From: Eledone cirrhosa | Taxonomy: Eukaryota | Assembly (NCBI GenBank): GCA_964016885.1 | Contig: OZ024750.1 | Location: 25,482,001 to 25,546,000, forward strand | DNA: 64,000 nucleotides | Direction of reading: 5' to 3' | Part shown: positions 1 through 14,335 of the stretch, one piece after another | Position numbering within the stretch: the first letter of the stretch is position 1 | Layout: every line of letters begins with the position of its first letter | Notes under the pieces: model-generated | Told to the model about the DNA's origin: nothing | Database searches by the model: none | What the model saw: the letters and a program-made list of their open reading frames with translations, nothing else | Translations under genes and position numbers: made by a program

Positions 1-778
1 TTCTCCCCAATAATGGATGAACAAATGCAAGGAAGGGTAAAGGAATGATTTCATTGGTATATTTATGAAGTGTCAAGCCTTAATGAAGTTCACCTACCCC
101 AAAATATGTATTCTGGAGGTCAAATATCATCAACTGGATCCAGTTATTTAGGCACAATGATGATGTTTGCAAGTTCAAACTCAAACAAATGGCAGTGGAG
201 CTCTACAGAGGAGGCCATATTAAGAGCTAACTGATTTCTTGGTTCTGACCACACAAGTACAGAAGCAGAAATATTAACCAAAGAGCCATTCTGCTCTGTA
301 GAGGAAAGTAAACAAATTACATTAGCACAAAATACAAAACAGTATCGACATAAATAACAGCAACAACAACAATTCTAACAATTTATTAAGAAAATTAAAC
401 AGAATTTTGGTTTGTTTTACATGGAATTATTTAGGACATTTCAAGAAGTTACCATTCCACCCTCGCCAAAAATATTTCAAGTATAGTACCTACATGAATG
501 TACTCTAATTAATACAATAAATGTTCTTGAATGTTTTAAACCTTTTTATATATCTGTCTGTCTGTCTGTTAGTCTCACTGTCTACGTATCTGTCTTTTTT
601 GGTTGTTAAGATCCTGGACATCTCACCTATAAGTAATTATCTTATAAACTTGTATTAGCACCTGAAGAAAGGTCCATATTTTGATGCCTCTTGCTTTCTG
701 GAGGTATGGTCAAATTTGGACCTTGAAACCTTGTGGAGCGCTTTTGTTCTGTGTATGAACATAAGTAAATAATATTAC

Positions 779-819
<41 letters not shown>

Positions 820-1404
820 TGTGTGTATATATATATATATGGCTGGATGGATGTATATATATACATGTGTATTTGTGTATGCAAGCATATATTATGCCAA
901 GATATCTTTTAAATCAATAAGTAAAAATATTTACTTATAACATTCACTTTGATATTATAGATAAGGAAATTTAAAAATACAAAATAAAACTAATTAGGAA
1001 GAAAATAACTCCAAAATAGACCATCACATTGAATCTAATATATCAAATATATTTATTTTCTAGAATATTTTACAAAAGAATTAACTAATTAACTAGTATA
1101 CTGTTAATTAAAGGTTATTTGAAATATCATCATCATCATCATTTAATGTCCCCTTTCCCTACTAGCAAGGGTTGGATGGGTCTTCACAGACTGAGTCTAT
1201 ACTGAAACAGGAGCCACTGACTTCCCAGACAAGCTGGGGGTTCGGATCTCACTTACATATGGTTCCGCATTCTACCAAATGCATTTTATTGTGGCAGCAG
1301 CACAAGAGAGGTTGTCATGTCCTTTACGTAACTGAAGGACTACAGAGAGTGGAGAGAATTCTTTAGTTTTGTAGGAGATAAGGCAACCTCTTTTGTTTTG
1401 ATGA

Positions 1405-1852
1405 CATCATAAAGTGCACCCAGTACACTCTGTAAAATAATTGGCAATCAAATGGAGACAACTTAGAGTGGAAAAGATTCTTCAGTCTTGCCAAAGACAT
1501 AATCTAGATAGTGCTGGTACCTTGATAAAATGCATCTAATGCACTCTGTAAAGTGGTTGGCAATTGGACAAAAAGAACTTCTGTAGTGTTGGAACCTTGT
1601 TAAAATACACCTAGTACACTCTGTAAAGCATTGGCAATTAAACAAAGACAATCTCTTTAGTGTTGGTACCTTAAAAAAAATGCACCTAGTACACTCGGTA
1701 AAATAATTGGCAATTGGACAAAAACAACATCTCTAATGCTGGTGCCATGATAAAATACACCTAGTACACTCTGTAAAGTGGTTGGCAATTGGACAAAGCC
1801 AACTATGTAATGCTGGTGTCTCAATAAAATGCACCTAGTACACTCTGTAAAG
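1405..1852. repeat. ~70-bp tandem repeat
   Basis: Repeated aaatgcacctagtacactctgtaaagtggttggcaattggacaaa. Confidence 0.8.
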
Positions 1853-3839
1853 TTTACCTATTTAAATCCTTTCTAAAGTAAAATGACTGATTCTAATTAG
1901 TGTTTAATTTCAAAGGTTTGCACTAATCATCTCTTCTAATTGGAATCTACCGAAAACAGCATCTATTTTATATTTTTAATAGAAAACTGTCTATTTTAAT
2001 GAGAGGGAGGGAGAGAGATAGGCACACAGACACATGATAGAGTGAGACAGACAGAGATAGAGAGAGAGAAAGGGAGAGGGGAGAGAGAGAAAGAGAGAGA
2101 GATGGACAGACTGACAGACAGACAGACGAGAGAGGGTGAGAGAGAGAGAGAGAGGGGGGGAGACTATAGTGTGCATGTGTGTGAAAAATATTCTTTAAAT
2201 TTGGACATGATTTTTCCAATTAAAATCTTAAAATCAATCAATAGATGAAATTATATGAAAGCCAAATTGTAACAACTTGTCAGCTGTGATCACCTTGAAA
2301 GTAACATTCAGCCTAACATTGATGGTTAAAGAGTTAAATTTCTGCCAGTAATTGAAGGACAGAAAACAATAAGAGATAGAAATTGCTGCACAATCTATTT
2401 TCCAACTTCCATTGCCATGCTGTTGGAAAATATATGGCTGACTGGAATAGTACAAAAATAAAATATATAAAAATAAAAATATAAGTAAGACATACACTAA
2501 ACAGTTTTGATCTTCAGAGCAAAAAAAAAAAAAAAGATTGCAAGGTATAAAGTAAATGGGATAGTTGGTTAAAAAAACATTGCTTTGGCTTTTTTTATAG
2601 TTATTACAGCTATACTTAGCGCAGTTTAAATATACTAGCATTACTGTTTAGTAAAAATGCCATTAAAAATAGACATTCTTCTAGGGAAGAAAGTATAGTG
2701 TATCAATTGGAAGGCTGTTTCTTTGTCAGACAGTTCACTATAGAAGATGGTTACAATCTCTTCCACGTGAACCAACAGAGTTAATGAAATAAATAGGTAT
2801 ATGACAGTTCCTGTTGAGCTTTTTATAGACAACTATGTCAGAATGGCTGCATTCCAAGTGAATTTCCTAATACTTTGTCTCCATCCAGCAGATAAAGAGA
2901 TTGTAAGACTGTAAAACCCATTAAAAGGTTTTTAATAACTGAAAATTATTATAACAAGAGGAAAGCAAACATATATTTTGGTAGATATCTTGAGAAAGTG
3001 GCAAAAATAACGATATTCATGAGTAATTCAACAAAAACTTTATCTGAATGTTCATATTCAATCTATTAACAGATATTTATATTGTCTGTAAAATAAAAAG
3101 GAATTTGAGATCTAAGAATGTGGCGGGGGGGGGGGGGGGGGGGGGTAAATAATGGTAAATATAGAATTGTGAGTTCATTTCTTTCATATAATGGTTTCTT
3201 TTAGGGTTGAAGATAATAGAAGCTGTGACATTCATCCATTCCCAAGAAATTGAATGAAACAATTTCAAGCAGGTGTCAAAATCAACATGTAATTCTTTTG
3301 TCTAAGAACTACCCACAATATGATATATTTGTCAGTATATTTTGACTAATAATTTCTTCTTAACCCTTTTAATATCAACCTGCCTGACCGCTGCCGCCCC
3401 CTCCCCCACCTTTCCAATTCTATGATATAAAAACATGTAGGTTTTCAAGTGTTTATATTTATTAAAAATCCTTCCATTATAATTCAATGTAAGAACCTTT
3501 TTTAAATTAGGTTTCAATCACTAAATAATTGTTTCTAATTTAGGCAAGATAAACTATTTTTGAGGGAAAGGAAAGTCAATTAAACCGACTCCAGTACATT
3601 ACTGGTACTTTATTTTATCGACCCTGTAAGGATAAAAGGCAAAGCTAACCTCGGCAGAATTTGAACTCATATGGTAAAGGGCTGTAACTCTGTGCCATAA
3701 AACATGTCCGATACTGCAAAGCCACTGATGTTAAAAGCAAAAAATTATTCAGATGTGAGAATATCATACCTTCCTCCAATCAGCCTGCTTGAACCCTTAT
3801 AGTGATATAACCCTTACAATTATATATCTGACAAGTGAC

Positions 3840-4848
3840 AACTACTGTAAACTCATTAGAACTCTCTAACCTCATTAGAACATTCAAAAATACTACCATA
3901 ACTCATTAGAACTCTCTAAACTCATTAGAACACTAAAATACATTATTATAATTCTATGCTAAATTGCTATCTTTTTCAAGTGATTTAGACAAATACAAAT
4001 TATAAATATATCTCAAAATATCAGGAATATTAATTATCTCACAAGATCCGAACTTTGTTAGGATTCCAATCACTTAATAAATCCAAGACAATTAAAATTT
4101 CCTGAAAATCATGAAGATATTTCTCTAATTATTTCACAGTAATTACAACACCAGAGAATTCTTCCCTCTTTCCTTCTCTACTGGAAGTTATGGATTAACT
4201 AAGCAAAACTCAGTTCTTATACTTACTTAATTCCACCCCCTCCCACAAAAGAACAAATATATTACTTTACAAATTTCAAAAATACTACTATAACTTATTA
4301 GAACACTAAATTCCTTAGAACACTAACTTCAATAGAACACTCTAAACTCAATAGAACACTCTAAACTCATAAGAACACTTTAACTTCATTAGAACTCTTT
4401 AACCTCATTAGAACATTCAAAAATACTACCATAACTCATTAGAAAACTGTAAGCTCATTAGAACACTCTAAACTCATTAGAATTCTCTAAACTCATTAGA
4501 ACACTAAAATACATTATTATAATTCTATGCTAAATTGCTATCTTTTTCAAGTGATTTAGACAAATACAAATTATAAATATATCTCAAAATATCAGGAATA
4601 TTAATTATCTCACAAGATCCGAACTTTGTTAGGATTCCAATCACTTAATAAATCCAAGACAATTAAAATTTCCTGAAAATCATGAAGATATTTCTCTAAT
4701 TATTTCACAGTAATTACAACACCAGAGAATTCTTCCCTCTTTCCTTCTCTACTGGAAGTTATGGATTAACTAAGCAAAACTCAGTTCTTATACTTACTTA
4801 ATTCCACCCCCTCCCACAAAAGAACAAATATATTACTTTACAAATTTC
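3840..4848. repeat. ~571-bp tandem duplication bounded by a ~19-bp minisatellite
   Basis: 3911-4277 is repeated essentially identically at 4482-4848. Confidence 0.9.
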
Positions 4849-6936
4849 TAAAATTATCCAGCGTTTCCCCCTCTATATGAAAATTCCTCTTTACACATCA
4901 AAATGTTTCTAATAGAATAGTACAACTACATAATTTGTTTCCATGTTCATACCTCTTTCAACTCTATTCTTTTTTACTCAAATTTCAACACCCTTGCCAA
5001 ATCCTATTACTGTTTCATTACTTTTCTATCTTACATTTAGGAGTTTTACATTTCTTACAGAATGCCAATTTCATTTCTTTTCATAGAGTACATCTTTCAG
5101 TAGCAAATATTCTAAGTATCTCGGCATATTTGATATGACTGCTGCTCTTTCAGATAATTTTACTTCTAATCACAAATCATTATAAAAATAAAAGCCCCCA
5201 TCAGTCTCTAATGACCATGGTTTTGCACCTAGAAAGTTGCCCTCCAAGTCACAAGCCTGGGTAAGGTTTGTTTGTGGAAGACCAGCAGTTGCCCATGCAT
5301 ACCAGTCTCCCCTCTCCATGCCACTGATGTTGTCCAAGGGAAAGGCAATGGCCGATACAGCTTGACACCAGTGACATCGCAACTCATTTCTACAGCTGAG
5401 TAAACTGGAGCAATGTGAAATAATGTCTTGCTCAAGAACACAATGCACCAATCCAAGAATCAAACTCACAACCTCTCATTTGCAAGCTCAACACTTTAAC
5501 CACTAAGCCATCATAGACTAGCAATAATTCTATACTTCAATTCCAACTCTTGAAGGCAAATTGTTATAAAATGGTAGAACAAGACAAACAATAAAGGTTC
5601 GATTTTTAGCTGAACTATTTTAAATTTTTACTGTGTCTGTGATTTCCTGTCAAAGTAAAAAACCCAGAGAGAGATGACTCCTTCCAGGTTAACTAACCAA
5701 TTGTACATTTCATTAGCAGTGGTGTGTGTATTCCTAAGAGGCAAGTTAAGGATTGATTATCCAATAAAAAATATTTAATTAATTATCTAACCACAATTTC
5801 TTAGACTAGTGGACAAATTATTATATTACTGGAATGACATTAACATTTTGGAATGAAATAATTGTTTCTACTTTAGGCACAAGGCCAGTAATTTGAAGGA
5901 GGGTGGGGGGGTCGATTAAATCGACCCCAGTGCATTATTGATGCTTTATTTTATCGACCCCCGTAAGGATGAAAGACAAAGCTAACCTTGCCGGGATTTC
6001 AACCCAGAATGTAAAGGGCCGTAACTCTGTGTCGTGAAGCATGGTGTCCGACACTCTACTGATTCTGCCAATCCACCGAATTAATAATGGCATAAACATT
6101 TAATAAACCTGTTAGATTTTATTTTGAAAGATTGTGTGAGATTACTGTGTGAGATTATTGTCATTCAAATATGCAACATTCTATTTGCTTACCCGGGCAG
6201 ATTTTTCACAACATGCCACTGCACTACATATATACAAAACCTTTGGTAGTCACCCAACTCCACCCATTAAAGATCACAGGTTATATTTTCATTTGAAATG
6301 CTCCAATCGATGACATTTCAAATGAAATCAACTGAAAAAAATAGTAATTTTCCATCTAATCACCATTGCTGTAAAATGGCCATGGTAAATACACAGCTTT
6401 TAATGCCACATTCCACCTAGATATAAGCAGGTTCCTTAGTAACTACAGAATTGTAAAACTGACAGGTGTTTTATTAATCCTTTAGCATTTACATTACTCT
6501 ATATATATATACTATTAGATTTTCATGGTAAAGGCTTTATTTTACATAATTATCTTACATAATATTGAATCCATGAGATTTTGATATTATTTATTTTGAG
6601 AACAATACCTAAACATTGGTATATCTGGCCGGTTACAGCTGGTTTGAACAGAAAGGGGTAAGAGAATTCTGGCCAGATACAGCTGGTTTAAATAGTAGCA
6701 CCGAGTTAAATGTTTCCATTAGATATAGTCAGAAGATATGGTAGGTTTTACTAGTCTCATTCATATGACCTTAGGCACAATTTCCCATAGACCCAAGGTT
6801 CAATAACAGTTGTCCTGATTCCCATATTTAAATAGGAACGTTTTTAGTTTTTCAAGTAAATATTTCTAACAAACATCACAATTTGTTTGAAGAAGTGATA
6901 AAGTTTAATTAAAAAAAAAAAGTTATATCAACTCAC

Positions 6937-7073
6937 AGAAAAATTATTGATATTGGAGCCAAAAGTAGTAATGGATGATACGGTCGGTCCCAATCAAATA
7001 CACCGTTTATACGAAGTAAAGCAGCTCTCCATCCTTCCATATCTTTCATAAGTTCATTCAGTTCATTGTTATG
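6937..7073 (-). CDS. ARL6IP1: ARL6IP1 coding exon 2 (HNNELNELMKDMEGWRAALLRINGVFDWDRPYHPLLLLAPISIIF/L), ER-shaping reticulon-like protein
   Basis: Polypyrimidine tract ttttttttttctttattcag acceptor, 137-nt open frame, gtgagt phase-2 donor. The peptide aligns by eye with human LEEQLQGWGEVMLMADKVLRWERAWFPPAIMGVVSLVFL (conserved GW, W, P and start of the hydrophobic hairpin). Confidence 0.88.
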
Positions 7074-8099
7074 CTGAATAAAGAAAAAAAAAACATTATA
7101 TCAAATAAATAAATATTATATATATATATATATATGACAAAGAAACAAACAAATGAACAAGAGGATGCAATGCAAAGTTTATTAATTTCATGCTTGGAGA
7201 GAGAGTGACATAGTCAACGTATCGGGTATTTTCCCTTTATCAGGAATGACATAAAAGGAAAATAATAAACAAAAACGATACAGAATGAAAACTGTGTTTT
7301 TATTGGCAGCATTATCCTCCCAAAGTATAACAATATATACATTATCGACAGTAGATCGACTTTCGTCAAATCGGACCGAGGAAACAATGTTTCCATTGGT
7401 CTTTCCAATTGCTAATACTATCTATCGGTCGCAACTTCAGGTAGAAGGAGCAACATGAAATAAAGTGTCTTGCTCAAGGACATAACGCATCGCCTGGTCC
7501 AGGAATCGAACTCACAACCTCATGATTGCGAATCCAATTCTCTAACCACTCAGCAGTATAGGTTACATAAAGTATTGAGAGATATTCAAGAAAAATAACA
7601 AGTTCAGAAAGCTGGTACAGTGCAGATAAATATATAAAGGTGGTACTGGAATTAAAAGATGACAAAAGAAAACAAAGTAATGTTTTTTTAATCAATATAT
7701 TTCTTCATGATCTTTCAAGGTATGAAAAAACAACAACAACAACAACAAAAACGAGGTGTTCTGTTCTAATAAACCATTCCTATATTTCTATCTACATTGT
7801 ACTGGCTTTGTGAACATCTTATCATTTGTATAATAAAATATATTACAGAATGATAACAAAAGATATGAAGCATATAAACAGATTCTAGAGCTGCACCTGG
7901 TGAGCTTCAAGAGAGTAGAAAAATGGTAAGGGAGATGGTAAAAAGTAAAACTAGTTGTTGATAATTTAATATTCAGGTGTATATAATTAGACACATACTA
8001 TGTAGTTGTAGAGATACCGGTATAAATAAATGTAATGGGAAATAATTCTCAATTAAAATCAATCTTGCTATGAAACTTAATACAAATTTGAACATATAT

Positions 8100-9148
8100 T
8101 TATTTCTACATTTTTATATTTTTTCATACATTTCTACATTTTATCATACATTTTTACATTGTATCCATTTCTCCATTCCATCATACATTTCCACACACTA
8201 TCATACATTTTTACATTTCTACATTTTATCATACACTTCTACACATCATACATGTCTACATTTCATCATACATTCTACACATATTATACAATTCTACACA
8301 TTATCATACATTTCTACATTTCATCATACATTTCTACATAATACATTTCTGCATTTTATCATACCCTTCTACATTTCATCATATATTTCTGCATTTCATC
8401 ATACATTTGTACATTTCATCATACATTCTACACATTATCATACATTTCTACATTTTATCATACATTTGTACATATCATCATACATTTCTACATATCATCA
8501 TACATTTCTAAATATCATCATACATTTCTACATATCATCATACATTTCTAAATATCATCATACATTTCTACATATCATACATTTCTACATTTTATCATAC
8601 ATTTGTACATATCATCATACATTCTACACATTATCATACATTTCTACATATCATCATACATTCTACACATCATCATACATTTCTACATATCATACATTTC
8701 TACATTTTATCATACATTTGTACATATCATCATACATTTCTACATATCATCATACATTTCTACATATCATCATACATTCTACACATTATCATACATTTCT
8801 ACATATCATCATACATTTCTACATATCATCATACATTCTACACATTATCATACATTTCTACATATCATCATACATTTCTACATATCATCATACATTCTAC
8901 ACATTATCATACATTCTACACATTATCATACATTCTACACATCATCATACATTTCTACATATCATCATACATTCTACACATTATCATACATTTCTACACA
9001 TTATCATACATTTCTACATATCATCATACATTTCTACATATCATCATACATTCTACACATTATCATACATTTCTACATATCATCATACATTCTACACATC
9101 ATCATACATTCTACACATTATCATACATTTCTACACATCATACATTTC
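8100..9148. repeat. ~20-bp minisatellite (catacatttctacatatcat)
   Basis: Direct inspection. Confidence 0.9.
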
Positions 9149-9811
9149 AACAAAGCCAAAACCAGCTCTGGTTCTATGAAGTAAAAACCATCCATTTTAA
9201 AAATTTCTAATTTAAATTAAAATATTTCAACATAATTTTACACAAGAACCTTACATTAGGTTACTCTCTTAGTAATGAAATAATTAATAATTTTAGTAAA
9301 TCCTTCAAAATTCTTCATTAATTAATTAAATTAGAGTGTATTTCATTAGAAATGCAGTCATCTTTGAAGTATTTTTTTAAAATTTGCTACGTTAAACGAT
9401 GATGATAATAATGAAATATTGTGTACAGTGCTCAGGTGCATTACAACTCATCAAAAAGTGTATGTATAGTACATAGGGTAACGTAGAAACATCAGGAAAA
9501 TGAACAGTGCATGATGATGTGGTCCATAACAATTAAAGACATCTTGGAGGAAATATCAACCTTTTCAACACATTCCACTGTTTAATAAGTTACTTTCTTT
9601 CTTTAGTAATAAGGAAAGGACAATGCTATCATATATTTATTTATGTCTGTGTGCATGCACCACTCGGTAGAACTTGAGAGACAGTACATAAGCAAGATGC
9701 AGATCCCTGGCCTGTCTGGGAGATCAGTAGCCCTACTTCAGTACTCACTTGGTCCATGTAAACCCATCCAACCCTTGCTAGCAGGGAAAGTAGATGTTAA
9801 AACAATGATTT

Positions 9812-9844
<33 letters not shown>

Positions 9845-10146
9845 ATCATCATCATCGTTTAACGTCCATGTTCCACGCTTGTATGGGTTTGGACGGGAGT
9901 TTTCCCACTTGAGGCAAGAGTGATTGTCTTGCTCGCATAGGACTGTCTGGCGGGTTTTCTACAGTTGGATGCCCTTCCTAACACCAACCACATTTACAGT
10001 GTGGGGCTGGGAGGTTTTTACCGTGTTGCCTACACGGCCACAGTACAGCGTGGACTGTCTGGCGGGTTTTCTACAGCTGGATGCCCTTCCTAACACCAAC
10101 CACATTTACAGTGTGGGACTGGGAGGTTTTTACCGTGTTGCCTACA
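9845..10146 (-). mobile_element. RTE 3' UTR fragment
   Basis: Near identical to 44460-44660, with an (atc)n tail and an internal 112-bp duplication. Confidence 0.85.
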
Positions 10147-10394
10147 TATATATATATACATATATATATATATGTGTATATATATATATATATATAAACG
10201 GAAAAAATGAAACAAAATTTCATTTCTCACTCTTAGTACGGCTGTTACTTAAATATAAGTATGTATATGTGCATACATATATGTATACAGATGTACAGTA
10301 GTATGTATATATATATATACATACATGCACACATATATATATATGTACGTATCCATACGTACATATATATATGTGTGCATGTATGTATATATAT

Positions 10395-10448
<54 letters not shown>

Positions 10449-10644
10449 CAGGATGGATTCAGTTTGAAACTGGTTAGACCATGACTCAACAGAGTGCTTG
10501 ATACTTGGGGTAGTAGAGTATGGTTATATTATAAAGAGTTGTGACTTGATGACTGAGCTCTTGCCGTTTTAACAGCTAGTTCCAGACTGAAACTAGCTGT
10601 TGAAATGGCAAGAGTTCAACCATCAGGTCCCAACTCTTTTCAAT

Positions 10645-11033
10645 ATCATCATCATCATCAACGTTTAACGTTTGTGTTCCACGCTTGCATGGGTTTGGAC
10701 GGGGGTTTTCCCACTTGAGGCAAGAGTGATTGTCTTGCTCGCATAAGACTGTCTGGCGGGTTTTCTACAGCTGGATGCCCTTCCTAACACCAACCACATT
10801 TACAGTGTGGGGCTGGGAGGTTTTTACCGTGTTGCCTACACGGCCACATTACAGCGTGGACTGTCTGGCGGGTTTTCTACAGCTGGATGCCCTTCCTAAC
10901 ACCAACCACATTTACAGTGTGGGGCTGAGAGGTTTGTACCGTGTTGCCTACACAGCCACATTACAGCGTGGACTGTGTTTTTTGTCGTGACACCTACACG
11001 ATCTCATTTGTTTCGGACTGGATGTTGTGGCAT

Positions 11034-11036
<3 letters not shown>
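10645..11036 (-). mobile_element. RTE 3' UTR fragment
   Basis: Matches 39660-40040 and 44460-44728; (atc)n tail. Confidence 0.85.
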
Positions 11037-11093
<57 letters not shown>

Positions 11094-11556
11094 TGTTATA
11101 CTTTGGGAGGGTCATGTTGCCAATAAGAAACACACGCACCAGTTGCTTTCACTTCAATTTATTATTATAATAAATTTATAAATTTCTGGTTGGTTGGTTG
11201 GTTCCACAACCAGATAGTTGTTTATATATTGTCATAGTTCTTTCGTCACACACTCTGTGACCTCTTCAGAAACGAAATATATATATATATATTACCATAA
11301 ACTAGAAAGAAACCACCTGGAGAGCAGTGTTTCTCCTACAAAATGGGTGAATAGTCCTGTCTATATAAAACTTGTTACATTTCACACATTTAATAGAGAA
11401 TGAAATTTCCTAAATATTTGTCAGTATTCCCCATTAGGCAGTGTGCCAGGGTGTATATTCTGTCAGAATCAGAGATTTGGTTTTGGAACAGATTAGCTTG
11501 TTAGAGACGGTACTGAATGGGAGAGTTAAATAACCAATATTTCACTCCATCTAACA

Positions 11557-11886
11557 CAGAGCTTCTCAAAGTGGGCGCTACTGCCTCCTGGGGAGGGCAT
11601 TGAGAAGGCCGGGGAGGGGAGGGGGATAGAGATGATATAATAGTATATTAAATATCAAATGATACATATATATAAGTAGAGTAACATAAAAAATATATAA
11701 TATTTATTTATACATAGTATATATATATCATATTATTTATTATATATAAATAAACGATTTTATTTATTATATATTATTTACAATTAGCAGCTCTCTTTGG
11801 AAATAGCCTTGGGGGGGGCTGCTGAGGGTGTTACATGGTCATGGGGGGGGGGGGGAGCGGTGGCTCCAAAATTTTGAGAACCTCTG
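11557..11886. mobile_element. hAT (Charlie-like) MITE
   Basis: TIRs cagagcttctcaaa / tttgagaacctctg; 8-bp TSD atctaaca/atccaaca. Confidence 0.85.
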
Positions 11887-12152
11887 ATCCAACAGATCTG
11901 ATTGAATAGAATACTACAGTTTAATAACTAATATTTCACTCTATCTAACAGATCTAATTGAATTGGTACACTAAGGGTGAAAGTATCTGAATTATAGATT
12001 ATTCAGCTTAAGATTTCTAAGGACAAAATAATTAATAAATTTTATTTTCTACCTTAGCATTGTTGACCAATTTTCATTACATTTCTTTTTATGTTAAATC
12101 TATGATTATATTCTTGAAAAGTTGGTTGTGTATTCCATGGCCCTAAACAGTA

Positions 12153-12560
12153 TATCATCATCATCGTTTAACGTCCATTTTTCACACTAGCATGTGTAGG
12201 ACAGACTGTCCCCTTGGGAGAGAATCAAGTTAGAGGACCGTGTTTCGTTCACCCACGGCTGATTTTGTCTTGGCTTTTACAGCTGGATGCCCTTCCTAAT
12301 GCCAACCACATTTACAGTGTATGCTAGGTGCTTTTTGTCGTGATGCCTACATGACCACTTTATTGTGTGGACTGGGTGCTTTTTGTTGTGACTCCTACAC
12401 AACCACTTTACAGTGAGGACTGGGTGCATTTTGTTATGACTCCTACACGACCATTTTACAGTGTGGACGCTTTACACTGGGTGTTTTGTCTTGTCACATA
12501 CATGACCACTATACAGGATGGGCTAGGCACCTTTGTCATGGCTCCAGAGGAACCACTTCA
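12153..12560 (-). mobile_element. Older RTE 3' UTR fragment
   Basis: catcatcgtttaacgtcc tail, ctggatgcccttcctaa motif and repeated ctgggtgcttttt blocks. Confidence 0.65.
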
Positions 12561-13965
12561 TGGTGTGGGATGGGAACATGAGAAGGTGGGGGAAGAAGCT
12601 TGTGGAAATTGAGGACGTAGGTAAAAGAGGAGGTGTGGTTACACCAAGGGAGGGGAGATGGCAGAGGAGGGTGTTAGGCTTAAATAAAGTATAGCGGGAT
12701 TTGAATTTAGAATGCAGAGAGTCATTTCACCATTTTGGATTAGTACTTTATTTTATAGACTCTGGAAGGATAAAAGATGGCCTTAAGGGGATTTCAAAGT
12801 TGACCTCAGTGGGATCAATATTTATAGATTTCTAGAGACTATTAGAAACTAAATGATGTTAGTGAAATTTGAACTCATGACATACATAGAGTAAGTCATT
12901 TAGTTCAACACTCTACTGTTTATATAACTACACACTTCTGAAGATAACAATGATGATGACAATGATGGTGATGATGGTGGTGGTGATGGTGATGATGATG
13001 GTGGTGGTGGTGGTGATGGTGGTGACAATGATGATGACGACGATAATGGTTATGGTGATGATAATGGTAATGGTGATGATGATGATTATGGTGATGGTAA
13101 TGTTGGTGATGATGATAGTGATGATAATGATGATGTTGGTGATGATGGTGATGGTGATGATGAAGAAACAAATTTTGGAGAGAGAGGGAACAGTTAATTG
13201 TAAAAAGCCCAGTATTTGACTTGCACTTATTTTATCAAACCTTGGAAGACCAACTGTAAAGTCAACCTTAGCATGAAACTAGAAATACAGAAGAAGAACA
13301 TATTTCAAATAAAACATCAGATTTGGGTGAGAGAGATTGTCTGTTTAAATATCTTAGCAAAGCTGAGACTCACCTGGATCTATTTCAGTTAATGTTTGTC
13401 TACACACAGAAATATATATATATATAGGTACCACCTATTAGATTTTGCACTTTCTCTCTCTCTCTCAGGGGGTTTTATCTCGGCAGGGGGATAGATATAA
13501 AAAAAAACTTGGTTGGTTTTTATTTATTTTTTTACCTTTTAGAAATTATGGAAGAAGAAATTTGTATATTTATATATAGGAAAATGTTTGACCCCGACGG
13601 CAATATATATATTAGATTTATTTATATGAGCTGTCTAGCAAAAGTAACCTTGTCTCTTTCTCTACACACACATTGAAGGTCACTAGAAAATGGTATTCAG
13701 CTTGTCTGAAACTGTGAGCTTTTGGGTACTCAGAGGTCCACATTCAAGTTGACATCATCATCATCATTTTATGTCCATTATTTCCGGTGGATTGGCAGTA
13801 TCGGTAGAGGGTCGGACGCCATGCTTTCCAGCATAGTTACGTCCCTTTACCATCTGAGTTCAAATCCCGCCGAGGTTGACTTTGCCTTTCATCCTTACGG
13901 GGTCGATAAAATAAAGTACCAGTAATGCACTGGTAATTGCTGGCCTTGTGCCTAAAGTAGAAACA

Positions 13966-14335
13966 ATTATTTCATGCTTGCACGGGTTGGACAGGTCTTT
14001 TTCAGTATAGCATCTCTCCACTTGTCACATTCCATTGCCATCTCCTCTTTGTCAGCTTCAATGATTTGAGATCAGCTCCTCTCACCATTTCCATTCAGGT
14101 CTTCCTTGGTCTTCCTCTACTGCAGCTTCCCTCCACTGGGATTACTTGACACTTCATCACCCAGTGATCCTCATCCATGCACATCACATGTCCACACAAG
14201 TGCAGTCTTCTCGCCTGCACACAACATCTCATTCCTCTCATACTTAGTTTCTCTGTCAGTTCATTCGTGCATTGTCGTTCATGCACATTAACATTGCACA
14301 TCCATTCGAGCATGTTCACTTCATTTCTCCCTAGC
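13966..14335 (-). mobile_element. Decayed RTE C-terminal ORF fragment
   Basis: Translates RNEVNMLEWMCNVNVHERQ...RRLHLCGHV...GRPRKT, homologous to the intact RTE C-terminus. Confidence 0.85.

Noticed and set aside
1-6936. Search for ARL6IP1 exon 3 (candidate acceptors near 295, 2443, 2909)
   Set aside because: No frame resembled the expected YLDPSVL...DYLVP segment; exon 3 probably lies left of the window.
8070-9184. 369-aa and 193-aa His/Ile/Tyr-rich ORFs
   Set aside because: Translations of a stop-free minisatellite.
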